The position numbers were made by a program, and so were the translations under genes. The notes beneath the pieces were generated by a model. The model did not search any database. It worked only from the letters and a program-made list of their open reading frames with translations, and was not told the DNA's origin. A stretch of DNA of 64,000 bases from Octopus sinensis. Its lineage: Eukaryota. Position 1 is the first letter of the stretch. The number at the start of each line of letters is the position of its first letter. The stretch lies in NCBI RefSeq assembly GCF_006345805.1, contig NC_043022.1:17670001-17734000 (forward strand), given 5' to 3'. Of the stretch, positions 1 to 11,143 are shown in pieces.

Positions 1-939
1 ACCCTTTCCCCTCCCCTATCTTTGTGGTATCCTGCAACCTCCTTTTTTCTCCTTTTCCTCACTATACTCACTCACCACTTCCTCAACTTCTCCATCTCCT
101 CAAAACTTCTTCTAATCTCCCCACTCATTCCTTTTTCTCCTTCAGTGACTCAGAATTCCTCTCACCCCTAGTCTATTGCTCCCATCCTGTCCCTTATCCT
201 CACACCGTCCGTCCATACTCGCCCTTATGATATATTATAACCTCAGACAACCCCTACACAAGCAATCCATCACTTGTCTTTGCCCCCATATTTCTCAATT
301 CTTCCTTTCCCCTGTTCCCTTCCATATTATTACCCGCCCCATTACTCAACGACTCCCTTACTCTCTCCCTTCACCACCATCTTATAACAACTATTAATCT
401 ATTCCTATAAAATATGATTTTGAAATTTATTGATTTTTTCCAATGATAAAGTTCGAAATTTCTGGAAACTATTGTAAACCAATCTTTTTTTTTATTTTAT
501 AGAGAGTGAATTCACGAATTTTAGTTTAGTTTGATACAAAAGCGATGACGAAACTCTCAGCTCTTGATTCGCTTACATAATTTTTACAGTTGATTAGGGG
601 GGGGGGATGTATATTCGGAGATCCGTTTATTCTTACCTGTTGTCTTTTAAGAAGCAGAAAGTTCTAGGAGGAGTGGATTCCCAGTTCCCTCGCTCCCTCC
701 CCTTTTAGTGGCTTCTTACGACACGCTGGGAATACGGCGACTGAATTTTACCGGACCCCCCCCCCCTCCAGTCGCAGGGTTGGGGTGCTAGTTAGCCCCT
801 AGCTGGGACCATTACAAGTTCTACCACTCTGGGCCAGAATGGACCTGGGAACAATATTGGATAAGAGGTCGTTCTACACTCCTCAAACCCTGAAACCAGG
901 GCCCCAGGCTTCTGCTACCGGGTGTAGTTTAGAGTCATA

Positions 940-1290
940 CAAGGGAGCGGATGGTAAGGAGGGTGATGAAGGCAGCAGAACCAGAGGCAGACCTCGGTTT
1001 GTGTGGATGGATGGAGTGAGGAAAGCTTTGGTGGTCAGAGGTGTTGGAGTGAGAGAGGCAAGAGAGTTTATAAATGATAGGAAAACTTGGTGAGTGTTTG
1101 TGGACGGATGAGTGAATTGATATTGCTCAAAGCAGTACGGAACCAGCATGATGCGGCGGGGGTAAACCAACATATGTTATCGGTCCCCGCTGCTAACATC
1201 ACGGGTTGCGTTGAGCTGGGAAACGAATGGAATGCCTGGTGTGTGTCTTATATGGCTACCCGCTCCTAAAATAAATTGGGAATAGGCTTG
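940..1290 (+). mobile_element. 3' fragment of an RTE-like LINE
   Basis: GSRTRGRPRFVWMDGVRKAL...DRKTW is the typical RTE C-terminal RGRPxxxWxD motif, followed by 3'UTR-like sequence. Confidence 0.6.
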
Positions 1291-1569
1291 GGTATATATA
1301 TTAAAAAATCTTATTACGTATTAAGGTGTTTTTTCTGGTTGCTCTATCACGCGCGCGCGAGCACACACTCACACACACACACATACGCACATGCGCGTGA
1401 GCGTACACATATACACACACGCTATAGTTCTTCGTTTCGTTTTAATATTCCTGGTTTTTGCACAAACCACCTTCAGTCCTCCACTTCCATCCCAATTCTC
1501 TGACCTTCCATTCGACTCCGATCCTCTTCCGCTGTTTCTTGTTTCTCTTCTCTCAAACTCCTGCTCAAA

Positions 1570-1710
1570 ATGTCGTTACTTAACCAAGTATACAACGCCT
1601 TGTTTCGACGAACATCGACATTTGCATTGACCGTTATATGTGGTGCCTTCTTATTCGAACGGATCGTCGACGAAGGCGGAGACTACGTCTTTGCTCGAAT
1701 GAATCAAGGA
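1570..1710 (+). CDS. UQCR10: Cytochrome b-c1 complex subunit 9 (QCR9), coding exon 1
   Basis: MSLLNQVYNALFRRTSTFALTVICGAFLFERIVDEGGDYVFARMNQG matches the QCR9 signature (LFRRTSTFALTI..G..FFER..D.G). Phase-0 donor GGA|GTAAGT at 1711. Confidence 0.96.
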
Positions 1711-2322
1711 GTAAGTAAAGAACCTCGTCCACGCTTTTTCATTTCTCTCCCGAAATATTTCATCAAATATTTATTTAGTCTTCATATTTCATTTAAATAA
1801 CATCAAAAATGTATAACAAGGATTTTAAATTCACTGTGAAATCTTTTACTTTTAATTAATGAACTTCAGAATCAAAATATTTTAGTCAAGGTCAAAATTG
1901 CTTTTAATCTTGAAATAAAATAAACATTTCTAAATTCTGTTTCGTCAAATAAATATTAAATATACCAGCAAGAAGATATTATTTCAGAAATACTTATTAG
2001 TAGCCCTGTCTTAGTTCGATGGTTATCTTTTTTTTTTTAAATGTTTCAATATTTTCCAGAAAAAACTTATATTCATTGTAAAAACTTAACATCGGTAATG
2101 AAACTGACTTTATTGTATTACATTGGAATAAGGTGTCTAGATTTATAAATATATTATAGGAATTTATTAGGAAATTAAACGTTTAATTGTTTTGGGATCT
2201 GTGTACATCTATATCACATACACACTCACAATATATATGTGTGTGTATGTATATTTAGGCGTTACTCCAGCATAGCCGCATTCAAATGATTGAAACAAGT
2301 AAACGAGTAAAGAGTATATATA

Positions 2323-2363
<41 letters not shown>

Positions 2364-2382
2364 CAAAGAGAGAGAGAGAGAT

Positions 2383-2697
2383 AAGAGCCACCACATTTCC
2401 TGATAGTGTCAATGCCCGTTGGCACCGGCACCTGAGGCCTCGCCAAAGTTATTCTGATCGCCAGGAGACAAATGTTAAAGTGAATATCCTACACTGCTAA
2501 CAGTATTTGGAATATATGTAAAGGGTGTGTGTGCGTATATATGTGTAGACATACATACACACACACCTTTACATGTATTCTACATACTGTTGCATTGTAA
2601 TACTTGTCTCCTGGTGATCAGAATGACTTTGGCACCGCCCTCAGGTGGTGGTGCCAACGGGCATTGACACTATCATAAATGGAATGTGGGAGTCTTT
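2383..2697. mobile_element. Foldback/MITE-like near-perfect palindrome in UQCR10 intron
   Basis: Left arm ccacatttcctgatagtgtcaatgcccgttggcacc... is the reverse complement of right arm ...ggtgccaacgggcattgacactatcataaatggaatgtgg. Pairing continues to the centre. Confidence 0.75.
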
Positions 2698-5600
2698 TTG
2701 GCCCATTTTGTAACATGGTTCTCTATTTCTTCATTCTTTTCTTCTATAGAATCACCACATCAAGCTGGCTGCAGCTGTAATCACCCTTAATCATGCAGTT
2801 CCCAGTTTTATCAACGGATTTATCATAAATCTCCTTTTCTCTTCAGTTAATGAATCCCCATCCTTCTGTCCTTAACTTCAATGTATTCCTCCTGCCATTC
2901 TGCACTGCTATCCTCATCTTTCATTCCAGTCTGACTGACCAAATTCTTCTTCTCAATATATTCCATGATAACCTCCTTCATTCAGCTGCCACTTCTTTTG
3001 CAAACTGCAGTCTGTTTTTTTATTTTCATGCTTTTATATATACACACACACACACACACACACATATATAAAATCTCTGAATTGATAATGTTCATATGAT
3101 GAACCAGGATGATATTTCTGTGAATTATCTGTGAAACCTACTGGCAAGTGCAGTTTCCTATCCAGGAACTGTCCTAAGTGAGTGATTTTAGGCCATTGTT
3201 CCTAAGTTCTTCTTGGTTAGAACAGTCCTTGGATAGGACTAGCTCTCACTTAGCCTCTGTGGAGATCTAAAACAAAGTTTCCCACTCTCAGGGCCAACTT
3301 TTATAGGATCCAAAATGCATAATGCAGGAACAGGTACCTGCACGTTGAAGTTCATAGTGACATTCAGTGTAGGTATTTACCAGTGTTGGTGTCTTTGCAG
3401 TGAAAGTGATAGATCCAGTAAACCCCCAAGGCACTCACTACTTTCCCCAGCTGCCAGATATGAACTCTGTTGGAAACTGCCTTCAATCTGATTGTCACAT
3501 TGTTTTTCTCTCAGGATGTTATGTAATCAAATAGCCACATGGCAGCAGGCTGGTTGTTAAGTGCCAGAGAATATCCATCATAATGAAGCTGCACATTATC
3601 TCTGGGACCCACTGCTGCTTTGAGTTTCCCTACAACAGCCCCCACTTACTATGTATGTCTGTAGGGAGTCTAGTAAGAGTTTTAATAGGGAAGAGATTCT
3701 GTATTCTCACACTAGACTGGTTCCAAGTTTATCATCCGGGCTTAATTAACAGTGTTGAGCAATAAGCTTTACTAAGGTAGTATTGAACTAGATGTTTCTA
3801 CACTATCATATACTCACACTCATCCCTACATTGCTTTCGATACAAGATATTCTCTTGATCAATTAAAGACCAGAGATAATAACTTCAGTGTGTCTTTATG
3901 ACAAACAGATGTTCAGGCCTATCAGTTGAATGGGTCACTGTTTTGGCCCCTTGGTGTAAGCAACCTTATTTCACTGACATTGCTGATACTTTTTGAAATG
4001 GTATCAACACAACAACTTTCTATTTTTCTAAACTTAATGTTGCAACTTTGATGTCTTTAGAAACACCTTTGCATAAGTTCCATTATAGTTGACATGTAGA
4101 CAGGTGTTGCTTTGTTCCCTTTCACAAGACAATTAGCTCTAATTACCCAGCAAGGTCTTTGTATGTTATCAATATAATTTTCATTATAATGAGGTTTATT
4201 TCTTAATTATTATTTTCATCTGTTGTTTTATGGAATTCTGCTCAGTTTAATTTTGCTTCCAACGAAACCCTTTCTTTAGTCTAAGAAACATTTTAGACTG
4301 TCTCAATAAAAGTATTATTTAGTCTTCATATCATTTTTTACATTGTATTAAGGACTTCCTGGATAATTCTTGTTAAACCCCATAAACATGTTTTCTGAAC
4401 TGCCTCTAACCCCAAATTACGATCAAGTTTTTCAAGGTTTGCTCCCAAATTCTTTGTCACTACTCAAGGTCCCAGTAATAACTGGCAATATCATGACCTT
4501 GTTAACTTTTCTGTTCCAACACTTGGGGACTTCATCCATCAAAACTCTTCTTTTTCCTTTTTCTCTTTCTTATAAATGTCTTTAATGTCCTGTCTGTTCC
4601 ATTTTTCTTTCAGTTTATTTAGGAAAGTCCCTCAACAACCTCACTACAAGGTTGGTAGAATAAAGAACTAGGATCAATTAATCAACCACCCCCTCCTAAA
4701 TGGGTGGCCTTGTGCCTATGTAAGAAATGCTAATCATTGTTCCAGCTTTCTGGGTTCAAATCTCACCAAGGTCAACTTTGCCTTTCATTCTTTCAGGTTT
4801 GATAAAATAAAGTGACAGTCCACAACTGGAAATTTTGAAGATTCAGACTAGACATCTTGTCATATTTCTTCCAGTTCTTTACATTCTGAGTTAACATCAT
4901 TATCTGGTCTTTGGGTACCTTTAAATGACAATCACTCTGTTGCAAGCATTCAGGATGGGCCCTTGGTTTGAGATAACCTCTTCCTACTTCCCATTACCTT
5001 GGAGGCTCTCAACAAATAACTTCTGGCCTTCCCTTGATGAAATGATAAAAATAATATATTTATGTATATTTCTGTTGAAAAATGTCATAACACAGTGGCA
5101 CCTTGCACAAGTGTCTTCTTCTATAGCCTTCGACCGACCAAAGTCTTGTGAGTAGATTTCTTAGATGGAAACTGAAAAGAAGCCCATCTATATATTCATG
5201 TGTCTGCATTTGTCCCCCACCACTGCTTGACAACTGGTGTTGATGTATAAAAAATATGAATACTGAGGTTGATTCATTCAACTAAAAGTTCTTCAAGTTG
5301 GTGCCCCAGCATGGCCACAGTTTAATGACTGAAACCAGTAAAAGACAAAAAACTTTTGGGGTTTCCTTCCTTTAAAAGGTTATGGATTTATTTCTCTCTT
5401 AAATAATTAAAAAGTCTTTCACTTAACAGTTAGAAGCCACACACTGTTCATGCATTTCATGTGTTGGTTGTTCCAAGTGTTGCAGAGGAGAAACACTTCT
5501 CTCTCTTCCTTGTTTGACTTTCTTTTTGTTTATGAAGATTTTTACCAATCTAAAGACATTTGTTCCTAAAGGAAATATCATTATTAGGAAAATACTTTGA

Positions 5601-6182
5601 GACCATATCTCAATTGTCTTCAGCTTCATCCACTGAGTTAAAAATTTCATTGATATCTAGCCATAAAGGCACAAAATCTCATTTAGCAATGTGTTGAGGA
5701 TTTCAGAGACATTCTTCAGAAAGAATCCAGGACACACATGTTCCATTGTCAGATGCAAGGAACAGACTTGTGTAGTGTACGGTAACTCAACCAAGAGAAG
5801 AGTCTCTACACACTTTTATTACATCTGTTGTTCAAATAAAATGTCTTTATCCAAAGGAATGTTCTTATAGATGTCAGAGTGAAGTCCATTTTTGAAAGTT
5901 ATATTCAATAATGTTATATTAAACGATACAAAGGGAGAATATATGTTATGATTACACGAAGAGGTCCAGATCTGTCATTTGCTAGAGACATAACATCACA
6001 AATGCACTAATTATATTTATCATTATTAATTTTGATGATTGATAATATACAAGGGTTTGTTCATAATTAGGGAGAGAAAGGGACTTCAGATGTCTGATAG
6101 AAATGGGGGAGAAACACTGACAAAACCGTTTTTTATTAAATCATTTAAGAGTTATTTTAATATCAACTTGGTTATATTTCAG

Positions 6183-6245
6183 AAATTATGGCATCAAATC
6201 AAATATAAATATATGGAAACACAGGAAGATGGTGATGACGAATGA
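6183..6245 (+). CDS. UQCR10: Cytochrome b-c1 complex subunit 9, coding exon 2
   Basis: Acceptor ttatatttcag|AAA TTA TGG gives KLWHQIKYKYMETQEDGDDE*, matching the conserved KLWKHIKHKYE C-terminus. In frame with exon 1; total 67 aa. Confidence 0.94.
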   Translation, partial: KLWHQIKYKYMETQEDGDDE

Positions 6246-6439
6246 TGCCAATGCTTGATTAATACTGAATATGTTTGAGATGAGAACTGTTGAATAGCAA
6301 GTTTCTTTCTGTGACTTATTTATTCTTCACCTCCTTCCATGTGAAACATCAAAGAAATGGCTGGAGAAAGGAATTTGCAGAAGAAACAAAGAATTGTATT
6401 TAAGAAACTTTTGGAAAAGTAAAAAAAAACACAATATGG

Positions 6440-6445
6440 AATAAA
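6440..6445 (+). terminator. Candidate polyadenylation signal of UQCR10
   Basis: AATAAA about 195 nt after the stop codon, followed by U/GU-rich sequence. Confidence 0.5.
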
Positions 6446-6544
6446 AAGTAAAACTGAAAAATAATAAGTTTGTTGGTTTTTATTTATATGTATTTATATT
6501 GATTTGTTTTTGTAGTTATTAAGAAGATGTAATTGGAACTTTGA

Positions 6545-7361
6545 TACATGGTCTGATTAATAAGTTTCCAGACTGTTGCTATAGTAACAAAGCTAAAGCA
6601 TGGAAAGTGAAGCCACTTGGCATGGATTCACTTTGAACTCTGCTGTGCATTCACACTAAGTTTTAACATTGTAGCTCACTTCTGCTGTTTACAGCAGTGC
6701 TTGGAAGTAAGGTGTGTAGCATGCAATTGTTGCATTAACCATGACAGAGGAATTTGAATAGAGAATCTGCATCAAATTTTGCCAAAAGTTTGGCAATATC
6801 TGCTCAGAGGCCTACATAAAGTTTTCAAAAAGTTTTCATTGTTCTCGACACAATCCAGATATCTTTTTGGTCAGCTGAAAGCAGTTTTACCACAAACTTG
6901 GCAGACATGCATCTCATACCCAAATATTCAGGGATAATGGACTGAACTGAACCGTAACTAATCTGCACATCCTTCAATAACTCACTGATGGGGATTCGAC
7001 AATTTCCCCTCACAGCTGCGATGTTTTTCTCAATTCTGCTGGTTGTGGGTCTCTCAATATCAAAATTTTTATGGCCATCTTGGAAAAGTCTGAACCACTC
7101 ATGCTCTTTCTGCAACATTGCGTAGGCCTCTGAGCAGGTCTTGCCATGACAACTTTCTTTGTCATGGTCAAAGCAACAATCACATGCTACACACCTTCCT
7201 TCCAATCACTGCTGTGAACAGCTGAAGTGAGCTAGAATGTTAAAACTTAGTGCACATGCACAGCAGAGTTCAAGATCAATTTGTGCCAAGTGGCTTCACT
7301 CTGCATGTGTTAGCTTCATTACTATGGCAACAGTCTGGATACTTATTGATCAGACCTTGTT
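6545..7361. mobile_element. Non-autonomous mariner derivative with long inverted arms
   Basis: The termini (catggtctgattaataagtttccagactgttgc / gcaacagtctggatacttattgatcagaccttg) are inverted repeats next to TA. The minus strand encodes a mariner HTH remnant (HEWFRLFQDG..ISYGSVQSII..LGMRCMSAKFVVKLL). Confidence 0.85.
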
Positions 7362-10329
7362 AGTTTCATTAGATCCCTCCTTGGGCCTTCATCAACAACT
7401 ATAAATCTATTCTGAAGTATGGTATTCTTCTTACTGCAATCAGTCATTGGACAAGATGTTTTTAAGTTTTTATATCCGTTCCATTATTTTGTTTGGTATT
7501 TATTTTATAAATATCAGAAACAGGGAAAGAAAAGTCAGTTTTGCCATGAAAGAACATTATCAATACAAGGCATTTTTGTTCAATGTTTTTTTTTCCCCAC
7601 TGTTGCATTCAGCCTCCAAGTATATAAATACAGATGAGATACACTGAATGAAGTTAAAATATACTTTCTAAATCCTTCGCTGGAACTTAAACCAATGGAA
7701 AACACTTTTCTTATTCTTCTCACACACAGGAAAACCAAAAGAGAATAACATGATATACTTACATCTGTTTTGTTTGGATTTTGGAAGCTTTAAAGGCTAC
7801 TTTAACTGCATAAAATTCATCTTAAACGTTTATAATACTCTGCTATTATCAAATTCATTCTATGTCTGCTTTCTATGCTGTTAGAGCCTGAACAAATCAT
7901 CACAATCCTAGCTGGTTCTTGTTCAGAGTTGGTGCATTTCTACATGGGACAGGGAACCACATCCCCCTCATATGGTTACATATCCTTCTAGTTACTAACC
8001 ACTTACCTGAGTGTATTGGGTTGCATTTTATCATGGCACTAGCACTAGAGACAGCCATTACACAATGCCTTGAGTCTGGCTGTCAATAATTATTGAAAAA
8101 TATGTAAAAAAAAATCTAAATAAATATTAATCTTGAATGCTCTGATATAGACACAAGACTATATTAGTGTTTCTACATACGGGAATAGGATGCAGGTGCC
8201 GAGGCTGTAATGATTATAAAGTAAAATATAAGATTGAATATTAAAAGAAAATGAGAGATTCATTTAGTTCTTTACATTCATTGTTGAGCTTGTCTGTGAA
8301 AATAGTCTTTTCTCTGTTGATCCTGATTGCAGTACATCAGTGATGGTGCCACATAAAAAGCACTTAGTCCACTTTGTATAGTGGTTGGCATTAGGAAGGA
8401 CATCCAGCCATAGAAACGACATCAAAACAGACAATGGAGCCAGGTGAGCTCCTCTCAAACCATCCAACCTATGCCAGCATGGAAAAAGGATGTTAAATGA
8501 GGATTATGACAGTTGTGTGTAGCAACCACATTCCAGATGTGGGTGCAGTTCTTTATTGAGGGCTCCACTTGAGACTCAAAGAGTGTCAGCAGCTATTGGG
8601 GTCTCAATTATTTTCTGGCTCTGAAGTGAAGGGCCAACCTTTGGGATGCAGTCTTAGCTATGTTCATGTCTTTAGTGATGGTAAAGTCCATCATTTGCAT
8701 CCAAAACTAGTGTTTCCACTCTTTTATTTCTGTTATTGTTTTTTGTACTTAATAGCAAAAGATCCCACCTTCCTTAAACAGAAATGTTTTACTTCCTGCA
8801 CTAACATTTACTCAATCCATCTGGTGTTTGTCTCTTCACAATTAATTTGCTCCAGAAAGCAAGCTTCTGAGAGCCACATTAATTCTATTTGACTATTCTG
8901 TTAGTCTGATCTGTTTAAAAAGCAACCAGATTTTCCCCTGAATTGTGACCTACCTTATTGGATAAGGAAGTGAAACAGTGAATAATGTAGTTAGTACCAG
9001 ATACACTATAGCTAAATAAGAGGCAGGATGGTTGCAGATGGAGAAACTTTGATCGGAGTTGCCTAGGGACAGAAACAACTACATCAATGGATATCCTTAT
9101 ATTTTAGGCTCTAATGACCCCACTCTGGTGCTCATACATACTTTCATATCACATCTGCCTCAGTCAACCTTTTCCTTTCAAGCTGTGACAAACCCAGCAG
9201 AATGGCAACAAGTTACAATAACAGACACACATACACTACTGTTACCCCGAGATGCTAGAGATAGCAGCTATATCACTAGCATTCAAAACGACAGTAGTGA
9301 CTGGCTGACCATAGTAAATATTATGTTGAAGAATAACTTGGAAATTTACAATTTTAATGAGAAAATTAGATTATTAACGATGAACAAGATAGAGGCAGTG
9401 ACACGTTCGACCAATGCGCTAGAATTAGCAGCTGAATTTCTTGTTAAAATTATAATTCCAACGGTTTTGTATTTGGTTTGCAAGATTATTGATATGAATT
9501 CGTGTGTTGACACACATTTTGTAGTGTCTTGGGAACGCACAGGTACAATTGCACTTCTTTATTGTTATTCAGTTGGTTAAATATCGAACCAAATAACTGA
9601 TCGAGCGTAAAAAATCAATTGGTTGTTTGTTTGTCAAAGTTCTTTCGTCGCCGTTTTGTAACTTCTCTTACTCCAAAGTTTTTTGTTATTATTGGCATAA
9701 GGACTCTCTCAAGATGTCAAAGAATTTTGTCGTTAAAATTTACCAAAATTCACGGAGAATTTAATAATTTTAACATGTGATATAGCTGCTATTTCTAACA
9801 TATTTCTAGTACGTGCGTATATTACATGTTTGCGTGTGTCGCTGTTGCATTCACTCTGGTTTGAGGTGAAAGAAAGAAAAGGGGGAAATGATGATATTGG
9901 AGGGTATGAGAGCTCTTGCTCCAACTCCTCAACCCCAAAAGTATAACCTGTATGCGATGTATTTTATTTTAAATGGTTGTTGAAATCAAAGAGAATATTA
10001 AAATAAGGAGTAAATCCAATAAATAAGAGGAAAAAGACGGGAATGAAGATGAGAGGTTTTAGACATACTAAGGGAGAAAACTCGTATGGATATGAAAAAA
10101 ATTATTGGAAACCTAAAATGTTAACATTTAAAAAATATTAATTATTATCCCAGTTGTATTTGTTTGATAATAGTATTGCTCTAAATTTGTGGGTTGAAGC
10201 TGAGTAATTATATCGTGGAAGAGAATAAAAGTCAATGCATGAGTAATTTTCAATAAATAATACAGGAGTATATGTGGTTTAAAAGTATACCATTTGTGAG
10301 AAAATAAAGATGAAATTAACATCAGAGAT

Positions 10330-11143
10330 GCTTTTTCGACGCGCAGAAATGGCAGGAGCTACTCAGAGGCATTCCAAACTCTTCTGAATTCATCACAATG
10401 TCCGAAATCCTTCCATATCTGTCCTCAGCCAGTTGTTTAGATGGGTCTTAGAGTCTTTGGTATTGCCATTATTCTTAAAGGTACAATTATAATTCTTCTT
10501 AAGACATCGAACTCCTTTTTCTGGATTGCTGGAATCTCAGACCCCTGAATGTTTCCATATCAAACACCGAGATCTTGCAGAGATCTTGAACTTCATACAT
10601 GACCATGTAACCATCTCAAGCTCAATGTCTGCTGTGTTCTTTGGATTGGTGGTATCATGATTGTTATGTCATCCACGAAAGACTTGCGGACCGGGTACCC
10701 TGTGATATCAATTTCTGAACCTCTCACTTCCTTTCCTACAAGTCCAAGCCGTATGTTCATGGCTGTCACGAATGGAACCACGAAAATTGTACAATATGCC
10801 ATCATGATCTTTTCTAGTTTCAGCCATTTAATGCTGATATTTCCCGCGGTGAACCTTATTTTCAACGAATCCATGTGCGACAGTACGATTGACTACTGCT
10901 GATAGTATTTTCATGTAGTTCACTGCATTTTGGATTACCTGGTGGGACTGGTTGTTAATGTATGTTCGAGGCATCCACAATAGCCACCCCACCATGACAA
11001 ACACGGCCAACATTTTTGGAAACTCGTGTCGATACAATCGTTAGCGAGTAGATATGTCGTTAATCATTTAGCAAAGATAGATCGACATTTAATAAAAAGA
11101 TCTCACGAAACTGATCAAGTCCTCATGAGCCTTCAGCGAGTGT
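10330..11143 (-). mobile_element. Decayed HERO-like (R2/NeSL group) non-LTR retrotransposon, C-terminal part of RT
   Basis: Minus-strand remnants with stops and frameshifts: TLAEG..LDQFREIFLLNVD, LTTYLLANDCIDTSFQK, YCTIFVVPFVTAMN, KSFVDDITIM, WSCMKFKISARSRCLI. These follow the order of the HERO RT motifs as I recall them. Confidence 0.8.

Noticed and set aside
8007-8080. Minus-strand exon-like segment with strong donor (ctcag|gtaagt)
   Set aside because: Isolated, with no partner exons or recognisable peptide (PDSRHCVMAVSSASAMIKCNPIHS).
9059-9580. 173-aa ORF (MPRDRNNY...)
   Set aside because: TTG start, no recognisable domain, and no convincing splice context. Probably chance or decayed TE sequence.
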